A DNA stretch of 64,000 bases. Origin: an uncultured Gammaproteobacteria bacterium. Its GTDB lineage: Bacteria > Patescibacteriota > Patescibacteriia > SG8-24 > DYFX01. A model generated the notes under the pieces. That model was not told the DNA's origin and ran no database searches. It was given only the letters and a program-made list of their open reading frames with translations. The stretch's first letter is position 1, and every line of letters starts with the position of its first letter. Location: positions 4,471 to 68,470 of the forward strand of contig CAYOJH010000005.1 of assembly GCA_964404275.1 (NCBI GenBank). Direction: 5' to 3'. Shown in pieces: positions 62,776-64,000 of this stretch. The translations under genes and the position numbers were made by a program.

Positions 62776-64000
62776 TCAATGCACAATCATTTTGCTGCAA
62801 TCCTTAGGCATCCAGCAGGAAGCCCAGCCGTCCGTGCGTTTGACCATGCAATCATTGATGCACGTACATTGACCGGCATCGCAGAGATCGCGCTGATGAT
62901 AGTATTCGCTGTCGCTCAAATCACCGGACTCAAGCGCGTCGAGACAGGCCGTGTAAGGCGCGTAACACGGGTTGGTGCAGTCGTCGGGTATCTTCGTAAA
63001 ATTACTGCAGTCGACTTGCGGCGCGGGCGCGGGTTCCGGCGCGGGCGCCGCGGGAACGACCGTCATGACGGAGTTCTCGCATACGGAGATGCCGGCCGTA
63101 TCGACGACGCAGACGCCGAAGGTGAACGTTCCGGACCCGCTCGGAGTCCCCGACAGCAAGCCGTTCGTATCGAGAATCAACCCGTGCGGCGGGAACCCGA
63201 CGCCGGTGGCGAGCTGAAAATGATAGGGCGGCAATCCATCGCTCCCGCTGTATTGCGCGCTGAAGGAGGTGCCGGCGAGCGCCGTCAGCTGCTTGTAGTA
63301 GTTGAGGACCAGCGGTTTGGTCGCCACGCCGTTCGACGGGATCGTTTTCAGTTTCGGTTTCGGCGCGGTCGGATTCGCCGGCGGCGAGGCCGGACTTGCC
63401 GGCGGCGTCTGAACAGCCGCTGGTTTTTCTTCAGGCAGCTTTTTCTGCTCCGCGTCGTTCTTGAGGGTCTGGTGCGATTCGGCCGGCTTCTTGGAGAGCG
63501 CCTTGAACAGGTCGGGAATGCTGAGCTTCCGCGCGTCCGGTTTGGCCGCTTCTTCTTTCGCGGCGGCGATCTTCTTGTCCAGATCGTCGAAGTTGGTCCT
63601 GAGCGCGGCAGGGACGCCGAGCTTCTCTTCCTGATCCATGACCTGTTTCTTGATCGCTTCGGCCCTGTTCCCGGCAGCGATGACTTCTTGGTCGGGAAGC
63701 AGCTTGAGGGTCGCCACGAACCGGTCCCACAGCGTCTGCGCGGTCGCCGCCGAACGCGCGGCGACATCCAGCTCCTGCAGATACGCTTGCTGCGCGTCCT
63801 TCAGCTGCGCGAGGAGGTCGGTGGTCTTCGCGTCGTCGCCGGCGGCGTGGGCCTCCACGAGATCCTGGCGCAGCTTGGCCAGCCGATCCTCCATGGTGCG
63901 CCTGATCGTGCCGTTCAAATCGACGTACGCCGTCGGTACTTGCCGAAGGACGGCCGGATCATCGCCAGGCTTTGCCCGCGAGGCGATCAGTTCCCATTCG
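62776..64000 (-). CDS. C-terminal part of a surface protein with putative Ig (He_PIG-like) domain and Cys-rich tail
   Basis: Frame open to window end; GLPPY.F, PHGL.L...GLLSGTP...GTFTF.VCV.D; 8-Cys C-terminus. Confidence 0.75.
   Translation of the reverse strand, partial: EWELIASRAKPGDDPAVLRQVPTAYVDLNGTIRRTMEDRLAKLRQDLVEAHAAGDDAKTTDLLAQLKDAQQAYLQELDVAARSAATAQTLWDRFVATLKLLPDQEVIAAGNRAEAIKKQVMDQEEKLGVPAALRTNFDDLDKKIAAAKEEAAKPDARKLSIPDLFKALSKKPAESHQTLKNDAEQKKLPEEKPAAVQTPPASPASPPANPTAPKPKLKTIPSNGVATKPLVLNYYKQLTALAGTSFSAQYSGSDGLPPYHFQLATGVGFPPHGLILDTNGLLSGTPSGSGTFTFGVCVVDTAGISVCENSVMTVVPAAPAPEPAPAPQVDCSNFTKIPDDCTNPCYAPYTACLDALESGDLSDSEYYHQRDLCDAGQCTCINDCMVKRTDGWASCWMPKDCSKMIVH

Noticed and set aside
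165-62872. Many long antisense or off-frame ORFs (e.g. 165-1559, 2872-4638, 22551-25214, 27642-29438, 58269-60797, 60929-62872)
   Set aside because: Shadow ORFs of high-GC coding sequence opposite genes with clear family motifs

Overview
High-GC bacterial chromosome segment that looks like Patescibacteria (CPR; probably class ABY1, Uhrbacteria-like). This is inferred from the gene set and CPR-typical protein families; no rRNA is present to confirm it. Housekeeping content: murA; a dTDP-rhamnose and glycosyltransferase surface-glycan region; a subtilase and a ~1240-aa S-layer-like protein sharing one domain; an ECF sigma/anti-sigma-like pair; smpB-ssrA; a cold-shock gene; a full rrf2-sufBDSUCT operon; infC-rpmI-rplT. 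Most notable is an apparent second class of genes. Housekeeping genes start with little or no leader and no Shine-Dalgarno (SD), while about 15 scattered accessory genes carry strong SD sequences, most also with their own TTGAC-N16/17 promoter. The densest such block (35.5-40.2 kb) encodes three Myxococcota-style Cys-rich lipoproteins, two sharing an unrecognised repeated domain, plus a collagen-linked putative 8-strand outer-membrane beta-barrel whose leader has a long hairpin displaying an anti-SD loop. These look like proteins built for a diderm envelope in a presumed monoderm epibiont, possibly a host-directed cassette system (inference). Short palindromic elements also sit in-frame in sufS, sufU and a GT4. 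No CRISPR array, integrase, transposase, rRNA or tRNA was seen.
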